Assembly: GCA_044892505.1 (NCBI GenBank)
Contig: CM097882.1
Span: forward strand, 279,992,001 to 280,056,000
DNA from: Schmidtea nova
Lineage: Eukaryota
Length of the DNA: 64,000 nt
Direction of reading: 5' to 3'
Below, in pieces: positions 1 through 13,100 of the stretch (position 1 is its first letter; each line of letters starts with the position of its first letter). Made by a program: the position numbers and the translations under genes. A model generated the notes under the pieces. It did not search any database, had not been told where the DNA came from, and worked only from the letters and a program-made list of their open reading frames with translations.

Positions 1-561
1 GTTGTAGTGTCTGAGCGGCGTTTCTGAGGACGAATGACATGAAAAGGTATTCGAAGTTGCCAAAAGGAGTAGTGACTACGAGGGGCATTGTTGGGAGTGG
101 TGCGTGAAATGTAGTTTCTGATGGCTATGGTAGAACGTGTGTGTTGCCTGCACTGGCCTCGTTGTGTGAGAAAATAGGCGGTGCTTGTGGTATTGTTAGT
201 GGTGTTGTTGATGGTACTGTGAATGATATTGTTGGCGGTGATGTGGGTAATGCTGTGCGTAGCGTCTTTGTTGGTGTTGGTGTTAGTATTGTGCGAGGTG
301 TGTTTGGTGGTGTTTGTGCTGGTGCGGGTGCGGGTGTTGATGTTGGTGCTGTGCGAGGTGTGGTGGGTGGTGAGGTGGTTTGTGCTGTACTAAGTAATGG
401 TTTAGCGCCAGGTACTTTTCATGTAGACGAATCAACGTTAATTTCGGAAACAGTGTTGGCTGGCGCAGTTGATCGTATGCACGTTGGACTTAGTTGGCTG
501 TGAGAAAGAGAATTCACTGGCGGTAAGTCATTGGGGAGTCCAGGAATGTCCGATGACTGGG

Positions 562-1281
562 TTAGTTTTGATAAGGATGGACGTCACGTGTGCGCCAGGT
601 GCATCCGTCGAGACACGATCTGACTTCATTCTTGTAGAGGGGATGGTGAATACACACTGGGATTATTGGATTGTGATGTGTGCGGAATTCGGACGTGCAA
701 CCGATGCAGCATTTCTGTGCATTTTGTTTAAATCTGTTATGATAAAAGCAGATTAGTGTGGCGCTGTGATTGGGTTGCCTTTTTTTCGCGCGTGTTGTTG
801 GTAGGTGATTGGTATGATGTGCATCATGTGATGGAGGTGATGTTGTCTGAGGGGAAAGGTGGTGAGGTGTATGCGCTGCGTTAACGGTGCGAGGTAGTGT
901 AGGTGCTGTGTAAATATCTGCGCGGGGTTTATGTATTTGCAGTGCGTGAACGCGGTCAGCGATCTTCGCGAGGTGATACGGATCTTCAGAGTCAACCAAT
1001 GCCAGCGAAGTTTGTAGATAGTAGGGGAGTGCAGAAAGGAATTGGTGTGTCAATAGGTGTGAATTTTTGGAGAGTCCAAGTTTGGCCGCGTCGTTCGAGC
1101 GAATGATCTCAGCCAAAAATAGGCTCGGTTGTTGGCCTGAGTAGCGTTGTGGGGCTAATAACTTTTGTAGGGCTTGGGTTTGCGATGCGGTGTATTTGGA
1201 TACTATGAGTCCTTTTAAGTTCTCGTATGGGCTATCAGAATCAAGGACATCTGCTATTTTCTGAGCAAGCTCGGCTATCAA
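562..1281 (-). mobile_element. Ty3/gypsy-type Gag-like ORF (DUF7041-like N-terminus, Cys/His knuckle), degenerate
   Basis: The frame stays open upstream of the track ORF to about 1590 and reads ...PSSWFRIFEAH...LPAELIAELAQKIADVL..SPYENLKGLIVSKYTAS..ALQKLL. The C-terminal LICFYHNRFKQNAQKC matches the CxYHxxFGxxAxxC knuckle of this Gag class. No ATG at the 5' end. A Pro/Thr-rich frame follows at 1-560 rather than a recognisable protease. Confidence 0.65.
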
Positions 1282-1719
1282 CTCAGCGGGTAAACTGTCA
1301 AGGGGGTAATCGGCTCGTGATTTCTGGAAAGAGGACGTGTGGGCTTCAAAAATGCGAAACCATGAGGAAGGTGTACCGTCTTGATCTAAGAAAAACAGTA
1401 TGGGAGGGGAGCCAGCTGAAGAAATCGGCTCTATAGGAGGTCGGAAACTTCCGTGAATGCGGAAGTTAATGTCTAATATTGAATTAGCTTGGAGTATGGT
1501 GAAAGTCGAGATTAAACAACCGTTGCGTGATAGGTAGAAGGAACTCTTACAATGGATAGCGATGTAGCGATTTCTGAGTATAAGTCAGAGGTGACAACGA
1601 TTTGGCGTATTTTATTGTTGAATCGTATAAGGATATAGGTTGGTGTGATGGAGGCAGTTATGGGGGAAGAATAGTTGTTTTGGTTTGTCTGTTTTTTTGG
1701 ATGATGGTGAGGTTTGCCG

Positions 1720-1847
1720 TTAATTTTATTTTATCATGAATTTATTTATAAAATTATTATTTCATTTACACCTACCTCGTCCATGGACGAGGTAGGTGTA
1801 AATGAAATAATAATTTTATAAATAAATTCATGATAAAATAAAATTAA
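1720..1847. repeat. Perfect 128-bp palindrome (64-bp arms, no loop)
   Basis: Centre is ...CACCTACCTCGTCCA|TGGACGAGGTAGGTG.... The arms match base for base from 1720 to 1847, and both ends read TTAA. Confidence 0.95.
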
Positions 1848-2760
1848 TAAAATTTAATAAAATGGCTGCGATTGTGGAGAAAAAATAATTGTTGTGGGTG
1901 TGACTTGTATGGAATGTGTCGGAAAAAAACTGGGCAGAATATTTGTGGATTTTGAGAAAAATAAAAAAAATAATTTTAAAATTTAAGATGAATAAAAGTA
2001 ATATAAATAAGTATAATATGTTATATAATGTAATAACATAAATAATAGAGATAAAATACCCATCGCCAGATAATCCTAAGTATCTGACGCAATTGTTTTG
2101 AGAGATAGACGCTTCCAGTTGCATTACCGCTCCGTTTTTAGTGTGGTTGTTAGTGGACCCGTAAACCACACAGGAATAGGAGCCGAGGTCGAGTTTATGC
2201 AACGGACAAGAATAACTAGCAGTTTTGAATTGAGGATAAACTTTACGTTGCGTGGTAAATCTTTGACCAGTGACATATTGTTCAGGTGATGAGACGATGT
2301 TGACTGAGTATTCAACTGATTGCCAGTTGTAATTGACACTTTCGTGCTTTCCTGTTTCTACTGATTGACGGAATGTAGTTTCTGAGGCTGGTTGAAATGT
2401 CGAGGCTTCCAATTCCATTGTTGGTCCGGTCTCAGTAGTTCCTTTAACAGCGCATTTATAAGAACCCGAATAATCTCGTCTCAATTGTTCAAAAGTGATG
2501 CTGGTGTTTGTGAATTTCGGAATGACATTACATTGTATAGTAAATTTGTGACCAATAAGATATTGTTTAGGAAATGAGACGAAATTGACTAAGTATTCGG
2601 TATGGTCAGGTCTTCTGACACCAGTTGTAGGGGTTGCAACTTTCATTGCAGATACCTCTAAAACAAAATTAAACAAGAAGAAATATTCAAGATAAAAAAT
2701 ATCTTTTCTGAGTTTTCCAATTTTTTTGCGTTTATAAATTTCTTGCGTTTGGGATTTCAA
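1828..2760 (-). CDS. Putative type I membrane protein with two short Ig-like repeats; start uncertain, possibly a pseudogene
   Basis: Two internal repeats (YLVNFVSFPKQY..F.IQC.V.PKF...LRRDYSGSYKCAV and YSVNIVSSPEQY..F..Q..VYPQF...LHKLDLGSYSCVV) carry D/S-x-GSY-x-C motifs. There is an N-terminal hydrophobic stretch and a C-terminal hydrophobic segment. The track start is TTG; the first ATG is at about 2646. Confidence 0.5.
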   Translation of the reverse strand: MKSQTQEIYKRKKIGKLRKDIFYLEYFFLFNFVLEVSAMKVATPTTGVRRPDHTEYLVNFVSFPKQYLIGHKFTIQCNVIPKFTNTSITFEQLRRDYSGSYKCAVKGTTETGPTMELEASTFQPASETTFRQSVETGKHESVNYNWQSVEYSVNIVSSPEQYVTGQRFTTQRKVYPQFKTASYSCPLHKLDLGSYSCVVYGSTNNHTKNGAVMQLEASISQNNCVRYLGLSGDGYFISIIYVITLYNILYLFILLLFILNFKIIFFIFLKIHKYSAQFFSDTFHTSHTHNNYFFSTIAAILLNFINFILS

Positions 2761-2926
2761 ATCTATTATAAATTTCTTGCGTTTGGGATTTCAAATCAAT
2801 TATAAATTGCTTGCGTTTGGATTTCAAATTAGTTGTAAATTGCTTGCGTTTTGATTTCAAATTTATTGTAAATTGCTTAAGTTTTGATTTCAAATTTATT
2901 GTAATTGCTTGCGTTTTTAATTTCAA
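2732..2926. repeat. Minisatellite, unit of about 33 bp, about 6 copies
   Basis: Repeating T(T/G)TAAATT(T/G)CTTGCGTTT(G/T)GATTTCAAAT units. Confidence 0.85.
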
Positions 2927-5900
2927 ATCGTTTCTCTATTTTTTCTCTTTTAAACAAACTTTTTTTTATAAATATCTTTATTCTTAATTTAATATAGATA
3001 TGTATATATAATTAAAATATATATTAAAATTAGTTAAAATATAAATAAACATATATATGACGGATGCACTACAACATACATAAAACATACGCACACATAA
3101 AACATAACAAGCACCAAAGCTGTCCCGATACGCTTTTACAGGTGACGCGACTAGGCTCAACAAACTTCCTTATAAACACTTATATTACAATATTATACTA
3201 CCTATTACTATTTATATTAAATACCCTACAGCATCTAAGACAAAACATCGATCTTGTTAAACAGCTTATCATTTAGCATCATGCTTGCGAATCGCCATAA
3301 GCTCTTATGAGCTTTAATATTAAGAACTTGTTCCAAACATGCAGTGCCAAGTATGAGGTGCACATAGCAATAAATAAGAATTTTTAATTTCAATTATATA
3401 CTATGTTAATTTCAATTTTTGGTGTTATTTGTAAGTATATAACCTTATTTGTAGTATATACTTAACCTTATCTGTAGGTATCTAAACTTATATATTAATA
3501 TTTTGTTTGTTTTTAAAAATAAACAGATTACAGTTGAAAGCAGTCTTGATATTTAAAATAATTTTTCTAGTACACCGCGAGGATTAATCTAGCCAAAAGT
3601 TGCCTATGAGACTTAAACGTTTTGCCATCCTTGCTGTATATGAACCATTTTTGCTAACTCAACGCTTTATCCAAAATATAAAAACTAAAAAACTTTTGAC
3701 TAAGTGTGACGTTTAACAGCTTCAAACATTTACAAAATACAACAACAGTTCTATTGATAATTTAACTCAGGCAACCTTTCTTTATAAAATATCACAACAG
3801 AATTTGATCCTTTGTACCTTAGGAACTTTGAAACTTAACTCATCTTATTTTCATTCCCAGACGATCTCAAACTATTTAACCAAGATTTTAGGCATTTTGC
3901 TCAATACAGCTGGAAATTTTGGATGTAATTAAATTCATTGTTCAAACAATTTTCAATTTAAATACTACTATTAGATTGTCTGGAATAAAATGTCCGAATA
4001 ATATATAATCTTTAATCATCATAACTTTTTTTATGTAAAACGTATTTCTTTATTTTAAAGTTCATTAGAAAGCGCTTATTTCAAATTTAAATATTAAGTA
4101 ATATTTATAATAATTTAATTCATGGATGAGCAACCTTTTTTAACGGCGGGCCACATACAGACACAAAAATTTCACGCGGGCCACGTTTAAAAGACATCAT
4201 CAAAACAAAATAATATATATTTTTAACATCAAATGTAAATGGTCAAATTTGACAGCTGCAAAAATAAATATTTTTTTAACAGACGAAAATTTTTGTATAG
4301 AAGCCAAGAAAAAATATACAAGACCACTACATTAAATGCTGAAATATTTAAACTCGAGCGAAATACTTGTTTCAAAGGATAATCAAACTTTTTATGAGAG
4401 TTCCAGGTAACAAAGTTGACATGTGATTGAATCAGAGTCAAAACCAAGGTGTCACCAACGATGGGAATCTATTTAGAATCTTGTTTAGAAAACCACTGAA
4501 GAATCAACCTTAGTATCATTTTGTTAGAATGATGAAATGACATTAATTAAAATAAGTACACCTACGACCTACAGTTTTGATGAGCGTAGTGAGTGAATGG
4601 AAGGGTAGAGACAGAAATTAGAATCGATTGTCCTGAATACAAATTTTCATCAATCCGACCAAAATAGCACCTAGAGGTGGGACTACCTAATCAATCCGAT
4701 ACGACTGTAAAGTTAAATGAAATAAAAATTATAGAAATGAGCTTAATTCATTTTATCGAAAATTATAGTGATACTTTGAGATAATTACATCAGCACGAAG
4801 TAAATTTTTGCATAGTAACACGGTAGGATCAGTCGTAAATGAATCTCATTAAAAACCATAACCATTAGAAGACTAGACGACCACAATCTTCATAGTGCAG
4901 TCTGAGGAAATACTGCCGACATTTATTAAAGTTAAACTCCAGCGAACTAATAGTATTCGCATCACACTTCTTCGATAGATATATACAAAATAAACAAATG
5001 GTCAAAATTCTGTAAGGGCTAAAGTCACTTCACCATCAGTAATTCATCAGAAATTTATTTTGACACGAAACTTGTATATACAAAGCGTATCGTAATTACC
5101 GAATAGCACAACTAAAAATCAAGTTCAAGAATCTTCAGTAATCACGGATGTGCATTAAACTTTAATAATAAACCTATATTTTATACTATGTAAGATGAAA
5201 TCTTAGGGGAAAATCTTGAGGAAAATCGACTCTATCCCAATTATCTCGACATAACTGCAAGAAACCAAAACTGTACGAATACTATGGTACTTCAAGTTAC
5301 CAAATAGACTCATCAATGACTTCTCAATTCAAGGATGCGGAAGTAGAAATTATCTGACACGGAAGCCATTATTGGCCGATCGATTAAGACGGGTTTGGAA
5401 ACTTCCCGCACTACTTTCAGACGGTGCCTTGTGGAGTTAATGGCCTCCGCGAAATAGTGATCCGTGGTACAATTCCTCGGGAAGAGCTACTGGCCATAGG
5501 AAGATTTTTGGTCTGCGAGCTAAGACCCAAACCTTTAAAGAAACAACTTTAGTGATCAGTGTGATAAAAAATACATATATTGAGTGAGTGATTCCGTCAT
5601 ACGCAATGTCCTAAGAGAAGTAAAGTAATTCTTAGAATAATTCTAGTTTGAGTAGTTTTGATCAGGATAAATAATTTTCTTATTAAATGAATAATTAAGT
5701 GAAGTAAGGGAGCGGCAGATAAGAACACCGTTATTATGATAATCGTCATTTTGATAAATAGTGTCAACCGAATTTGCCTGAAAAAATATATAGTTATGCA
5801 AGTATGCGAGACAGGAACGGAATGGGAGTAAGTCTTTGGGCCGTTTAAAAAGACAAATATCCGAGTTAGAAAGCACGCACTTCACTCCAGTCCAGATGAA

Positions 5901-6213
5901 AGATACACATACAAAGATTGAAAGACTCAGACAGGCAAACGAAGAGTTACGAGATGAGTTACAGGGCACTCATAGAATTAAATAATTCTAAGAAAGGGAT
6001 AAATCTCGATTTCATTCAGAATAGCTAGCGGAAAGAATTAGGCCCATCATTCTAGAGAAGTGGCGCGATCTACATACCTCAAATCGAAAGAAAGATTCCA
6101 AAAACCTTGTCGAAAAAATGAAAGAGTCAAAAATAAAAAGTATTGCAAAAATTCATAGAACTTTAAGGATTTAATTTTAAAAAATATTAAAAATATTTAA
6201 TGTTTTATCCTTA

Positions 6214-6779
6214 TTAACCCCTTTCATGTGCGGAATGTAATATTACGTTTTAGTAGCCTTTTACATCCCCACTCTGTGATGTTTGTAATATTACGTCTTG
6301 TGTTGTTTATCGTATTGATTCGGCATATGGCAGTACTGAACCATAAAATTCATGGAAAATTTTATCAAAAACACTGAATAAGTTAAAACTTGACCTGTTA
6401 GTTCTTTGTTTTTCTACCGCGTGTTTTTTCGTGTTTGCAAATAAAAATAATAATAATTATAAAATAATTGCACAGAGAATTTGTGCAGTTTGTTCTTCGA
6501 AGGAAGTGGGTTGTAGGGAAATCCGTAAAGAGTCACGATACGAGTGTACTGACAGTGATGTTGATTTGTGTGCAGCACTTTACTATCAAATCTATCACAC
6601 TATTCGAAAATTCTGATGTCAATCTGATGTATATTTGAGTATTGACTAAATTTTGATAATTAAAAAACTTATTTCTTGCCTTTTTATGTCACTTACATAC
6701 TTTCAAAATAGTTTTTTCCAAAAATAAATTCACATTAGGAGAAAATTTCGGAAAGAAAATTCCACATTAAAGAGGTTAA
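6214..6779 (+). mobile_element. Non-autonomous piggyBac-derived element retaining the C-terminal Cys-rich domain
   Basis: TTAA at 6214-6217 and 6776-6779. The ends CCCCTTTCATGTG and CACATTAAAGAGG are imperfect inverted repeats. The internal ORF 6431-6616 (RICAVCSSK..RKESRYECTDSDVDLCAALYYQIYH) resembles the piggyBac Cys-rich domain. Confidence 0.8.
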
Positions 6780-8648
6780 AAACACTAAATAATTTTTTAT
6801 CATCTTGAATTTAAAGTGAGTTCTAGTATATTTAGTCTCCTGTCGGTAATGCAGCTGGTCTGTCCCGGAAGATCCTCATGTAAAGCAATTATTTATTAAT
6901 TAATTCTTTAGTTAAATTAATTAGTCAACATTACAGATCAAGCAATAAAATCATGACACATAACCCAATCAGAGTTCATGGAACGCCAGTACATAAGCGT
7001 GAGAGAATTTTTGCCCCATGGGAAGGACGTATTAGAGAGAGGTGGGATGCCGGCAAACTAACACCCTGACCGACTGGGAAACTTTGTGTTGAACAGTTCC
7101 TATAGAGAGGAATGCGAGGTCATTGCTGTGAAACCACCGGGAAGATTTCGAAAATCAATTGAAAACATATATTACAATTACATTTGAAAGAAGACCGCTG
7201 AGACATTCTTTTATATGATCTTATTGGCCGAATCAAGATGTGACCCAAATATGAAAGGTTAAATATATACCGACGTCGAGAATGAGAGGAGAAAGTAAAA
7301 TGATTATTTTCACTCGCTCCTCTATATTATAATTGATACGAACTCTGGAGTGAAGTTCATCCAGAGCCGGGTCATGCATGATCTATTATACAAATATTAT
7401 CCACTCATTCTCACTCAGCACATATACAGTTGTTGGGAGTAAGTTAGGTATGAGTTTAAAGTACCATTAAGAAATAGCCTTCAATGTTATCGTTTATATT
7501 AGTAATCAGTAGACAATAAATCCAACGAACATTAAACTTTGGTCCGATATCAAAGTTTAAATTTCCTAAAAATCATTCTGCAGTAATATTTGAACATTTA
7601 TAAGTTTATCAGAAATATGAGTAACAGCAAATTAATTCAGTGAAGATAAATTGATTTATTACAAACGATAAATGAAGTAATTATACATGTAATAGGGGGG
7701 ATTGATAGATAGACACCTAGGGAAAGAAGACCAAATTCAATAAAATTCTGATCTTTTAAAATCTTATAAACCAAGTAACAATTGCAGATTTCATTTAAAA
7801 TACGGCGGTAAACACCCACAACCACCACGTCAAAAAAATAAAGTATATAAGGAGACTCAAATATCAACAGAGCGTCAGTAATAAAATGCAAACAAAGACG
7901 TATGAGAAAATCAGCAACGAATTATCCATCAGCTATTCTCTAGAAAATTCCCTCATTTATCTGATGATGAACGCCCGAATCCGACAATAAGAACCACGTT
8001 CATGAGCAAGGGTTTCAGGTTATATAAAATTGTGGATACTCTATCACAGTGGAACAAGTACCAAATGAATAAACCATCTTTACTACAATCTCTGATTTAA
8101 AAATAACCTATGAAATACAATCAGTTAATGAATAACAATACGAGAATCATCGACCACTACTTATTTCAACAGTTCCTTATTTGAATCGAGATTCTAAAAG
8201 CAAACATTTTACGAACATCAGTCAATGCCCAACAATGGCAAATCAGACTTTCAGACTTACGAATAATAGTAAGAGTTCTTACATTGTACTTTGGATAAAT
8301 GCGGGGTTATTGGGGACCATTCCCAAACGAACATTAAAATATAAGTTAAATATTAAAGATAAATTTTCAATTCTTTTCAATACATTAGACAAAGAATATA
8401 ATGTCAATACACATGAGTACGCCCTCATTTATATCAACGCAAGAATCTTAACGACAGACACCCCCTAGAAACTTTAGAAATAGGCAACAATTCATTCCTT
8501 GATATTTATTGCCTGTTAAAAGGGTGGCGCCGACAATAATGATGAGGGAAATGGCGACTGCAGTCACTCGAACACAGTACACCAAATCAATAAACCATGC
8601 TATTTTTTCCTGAACAAACAATGATCTCTCACGGCTTGCTTTATAATC

Positions 8649-8831
8649 ATGGAAACCTATTTTCAAAGTTACAACATAATCACACAAAAGCAACAATACA
8701 ATTACCTATTACAAAACTTACCCCACGAAATCCTTTCGCCTATTAGTGACGAAACAGTGTTAGCAGCATCTCATTCAACCCCATCCACAATCCTAAAAGA
8801 CTATGTACTTCATTACTATTCTGAGTCCTAG
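8649..8831 (+). pseudogene. Second gypsy Gag N-terminal fragment
   Basis: METYFQSYNIITQKQQYNYLLQNLPHEIL...STILKDYVLHYYSES resembles the DUF7041-like Gag N-terminus. Disrupted on both sides. Confidence 0.45.
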
Positions 8832-9132
8832 TCAAACGTCTTTCATCGTTATTTCAAACGATTGAACATAGACGATCAAAAATCATTGATATAAAAATTG
8901 ATAATTACTCCTAATGAAACGCAGGATAGCCATTGATGTGTATATATTGCTAACTAAAAGGAAAAGCATTCGATAGCCAAGACACATAAAGATTCATATG
9001 ATAGATATTCTATCGGAATGTCGCAATCTTAGAATAATGGATTCATAACGATTCCCGTAACCAAGCGTTGAATGAGATTCAATATATAATGTAAACACTT
9101 TTTAGGAAAGTCACAGACTCCTGCTTCTTTAT

Positions 9133-10106
9133 AGAGAACGTGCTAGCACAAGAAAATTCCATCAAATATTGGCCAAGATTCGGAGTTGGCTGTTGAAGGC
9201 AATTGATCAATATCTTCAACACCAAAGTTCTTGGAAAGTGTGAAACATAATCATTAAAAAATAATTGAGATATTTTCCCCTTTCCAACATAATCGACAAA
9301 GTTCGAATCAATATCCCCGTACTTATCAATGTAATTCACTATCAGAAGCAAGACATCGACATCGACTAAATTGTGGCTTATTAACAGCAACATCATATTG
9401 CTGTGGGCTAAACTATTTCAATACAATAATTGAATATTGCCAAGACTTTTCCGGCGATTTTTTCATTCTCATCAGCAATACTGATATACTTGATGAAATT
9501 CGGTAGGAAGTATTGAAAGCGGCCAGTTGTCATTAATAATCTGTTCAGTTCTTGTGGAATGACATTTCTTGTCTTTCCGGACCGCACGTTGCATTATAAC
9601 CAAAAAGGAATCAATGGAACTCGCAATTCCAACATTCCATCCGAATTTATTGACACGGAGTGAGGCTCACCCATGTAATCAACAACCGAATAGTTCAGGA
9701 ATAACAATGACACAAAAGAAAAACCAAATTAGTCAAACAAGGAATCACGGGAATAAACACAATAAGAGACGCCAACATTTGCCCTTTAGAGAGCAAAGAG
9801 AACGTGCTAGCACAACAAAATCCCATCAAATATTGGTTAAGATTCGGAATTGGCTGTTGGAGACAATTGATCAATAGTTCAACACCAAAGTTCTTGGAAA
9901 GTGAGAAACATAATCATTGAAAAATAATTGCGATATTTTCCCCTTTCCAACATAATCGACAAAGTTCGAATCAATATCCCCGTACTTATCAATTTAATTC
10001 ACTATCAGAAGCAAGACATCGACATCGACTAAATTGTGGCTTATTAACAGCAACATCATATTGCTGTGGGGCTGAAATATTTCAATACAATAATTGAATA
10101 TTGCCA
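9133..10106. repeat. Direct repeat of about 310 bp (9133-9443 and 9797-10106)
   Basis: Both copies run AGAGAACGTGCTAGCACA...GAATATTGCCAA with scattered substitutions. A 40-bp piece (AATAA.AGACGCCAACATTTGC) also recurs at about 9761 and 10111. Confidence 0.9.
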
Positions 10107-13100
10107 AAAACAATAACAGACGCCAACATTTGCACTTTAGATAGCAAAGAGTTTAGCAGGACGAAAGTTAATGGCAACAGTAGAGACAGAAAATTAGGGT
10201 AATATAAATCCGGAAGCATTACTGAATAATGACACCAACCTTTGTCGAATGTTTTGAAAAATAAATGTTATTTTTACGATTGTTTTCATTGTTTTGTGTG
10301 TTTTGTTTATTGTAGAGAGTTTGATAGAGGGAAATTGAAGAATTGAGAAGAGCTGACAACCAATTACCTGTTTTTTGTTATAGATGAAATCCGATATCCA
10401 AAATCTTGAGGTAACAGTGAAAGAGGTTATCCGACTAAAATTAGAAACAGGGAGAAGAGCAGCGAAGCTATTGCAACGCTGACGAACACTAGAATGAAAA
10501 AGGATAAAAAGGACGAACTGCTCCGTAATGGCCAATGCTTCTAAAATTACCCATATTATTTATACAGACAATATTACTAGTGATCTCTCAGACAATATCA
10601 GTCTTCCAGATGCTACATCTCTCTGACGCTCCGAAATTCCTAATAAACTTAAAAAGCACACATAAATCTGAAAACATCGACCTTATCAACAGTATTAAAG
10701 TGGATATTGAAGACTGGTTTGTTCTTCTCTGCAATAATAATATCATTACATTCGATGAGCTTTTAGACTTATCTACCGAAAAAATACAAAACTTTTATAA
10801 TGAATACAACACAGAAAAGGAAGATACATACGAAATGATCAGAAACAACAATAAAATTATTACATACACCTCTACAGCAGAAGATGATACTGTCATACCG
10901 TACATTGACACTCTAAATGTCCTTTACTGAATTCAGTCAATCAAATTAAAACTTGAAACTCAAAATAAACATAACCTAGACCCATCACTCTGTCACCATA
11001 CCCTTTGGTATCCTTATCTAGGATTTAGTGCAGATCAAATTCAAAAACCCCTAAATATACCAAGAAGTATGATAAAAATACTAAATGAAGCAAGGGAAGC
11101 ATACAAAACTCATTACACCCAACCCTGAATATCTAGAATTGGAGGTTGACTGCTTCATCACGCTTGCTGAATGCGATCCCGACTATAAAGAAAACAAATA
11201 CTGTGATTAATACAAAGATACACTAATTGATGTCCCAGATAAGGACTCACTACCGTCCCATTTCCTGAAACCTCCGAGTATGTTGTGCCGAACTCGTGAT
11301 TACATCTCGGATCCAAGCTAAGAAGATGAAGCAGTTAAAACAACGATGGTTCTAAGTCTGTGATCCTTTTATAGCCGGGCTCATCCGAAAGGATATCACG
11401 TATCTCTTCGGAATAGGATTTTTCTTAAATAAATTTTGAGGGGAAAAAACCTGTTTCAGTCCAGAGAAAATAAAGAAGGCACCGCAACAAATTGAGGTCC
11501 TAAAGAAATAAGTGAACCAAAACGCAGTAGAAATCAGGATGTTGAAAGTACGACTAAGAGATCTCGTGTGCCGAAAATGAAAGGGAAATCCAAGAACTCC
11601 TAACGAAATTAATAAAGCTATTGAATTTTACGGAATCAGAATTAGTCCCAAGTGAGGGAATTGGACCTATATATCCGAAATAGCGAAGAGTAAACGTCGA
11701 AAGACAAACCAAAGAAACGACAATTACGCAAAATGGTTCGAGTTGCAGGGCAGATAGAATTTCTCATTGAAATTATATAAGTGTAATAACGTAGTCTCGT
11801 TGTATTTGATTTGATATTTATTTTTATGTTTACGAGTTTTCTTTTATTTTCGTCTAAAAAAAGTGTAAAGTAATTAGATAATTATAGAGATGTTTGAGCA
11901 TAAATGAAGTAGGAATGAGTTGTAAGATAAATAGAATTTAATTAAACTGTTTCGAGCTAGATTGAACAATAAAACTTTTCTTTTGAGAACTTTTAGGAAA
12001 GGGTTTTTATGAAGGGACCAGGAAGATAAGATTATCATGACATTCTATCGGCAGTAGCTGAAACCAATGAATTGCCTAGGAACTATCACACGCGGAGACG
12101 TAGCTCATCTTATGCAGGCATATTCAAGCACTTGGCACAATACCAACGTTGCCAAGCAACGGGTTCCAAGCGGGATTAAATAACCAACCATACAACCAAC
12201 GTTATGAAGATTGGAATGAGTTTATATTGTGTATGGAAAAAAAAGATTGTGTATTATATGGAAATTTTTTTCTTAAATAAATTTTTATGATATTAAAAAA
12301 ATTATTTCTTTTTTAAGTAATATCTGAGTAATATTATTTGAAAATATACGAGACGTTATAAAACTTTTATGAAATTTTTGAAAAGTTATTTGACAAAACA
12401 TTTGAGGATTAAGAAATATTTGTTTAAAAATATCAAGATATTTTTAAGTAATATTTAGAAACTTTTTTTATAAATAATTACTTATGCTATGAAAATAGTA
12501 AGATATTTAATGATTTATAAATAATATGAAACTTGAAAAATTTTTAATCGTTTTAAATTTTTTGACTATTTTTTTTTACTAAATTTTTTTTATAAAATTT
12601 ATAAAAATACATTTTTTTAATTAATATTAGTTCGTTTGAAATATCGATTTATTTGATTTATATTTTAATGGAAGATTGAGTAGCATCTGATGACAAGAAT
12701 TAAGTTCTCGAAATATATTATGCAGGATATATATTTGGATTGGCGTTTGTTTTTAATTATTTTAGTGCCATGTTTGTTGTGTTATGTATTGATTTTATAA
12801 ATATTTGTTATATTACAAATGATAATATAATGTTACAAGTGAGCTTTGAACAATCTGTACCGATTGAACTGAAAAACAACACAATAAAGTTTGCAAACAA
12901 GATCGTAAAGCTGGTATTAAAATTATTCAATTTAGATATCTTAGTACAAGACCACTGATGGAGATGAAAGGTACACGCGCTTGAAAATCTGTCTCGGAAT
13001 CAGCCAACAAAAAAGATGCGCTCAATATAATACGCAAATGCCGACTCGAATCGTTCATTTGCAAAGAGAAATTTCTTTGCAAAATGTTTAATTCAATAAA

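Noticed and set aside
141-503. Val/Gly-rich plus-strand ORF
   Set aside because: It is the antisense shadow of the Pro/Thr-rich minus-strand frame, with a non-ATG start.
2732-2926. ORF with (INLKSKRKQFT)n repeats
   Set aside because: It is a translation of the 33-bp minisatellite.
4128-4190. Possible hAT/MITE terminus (GAGCAACC...GCGGGCCAC twice)
   Set aside because: No partner TIR or TSD could be located.
5200-12300. GC-richer patches resembling decayed retroelement ORFs (similar patches at 22200-24500 and 39200-43600)
   Set aside because: Too disrupted to assign a family or boundaries, with no RT, RNase H or integrase motif recognisable.
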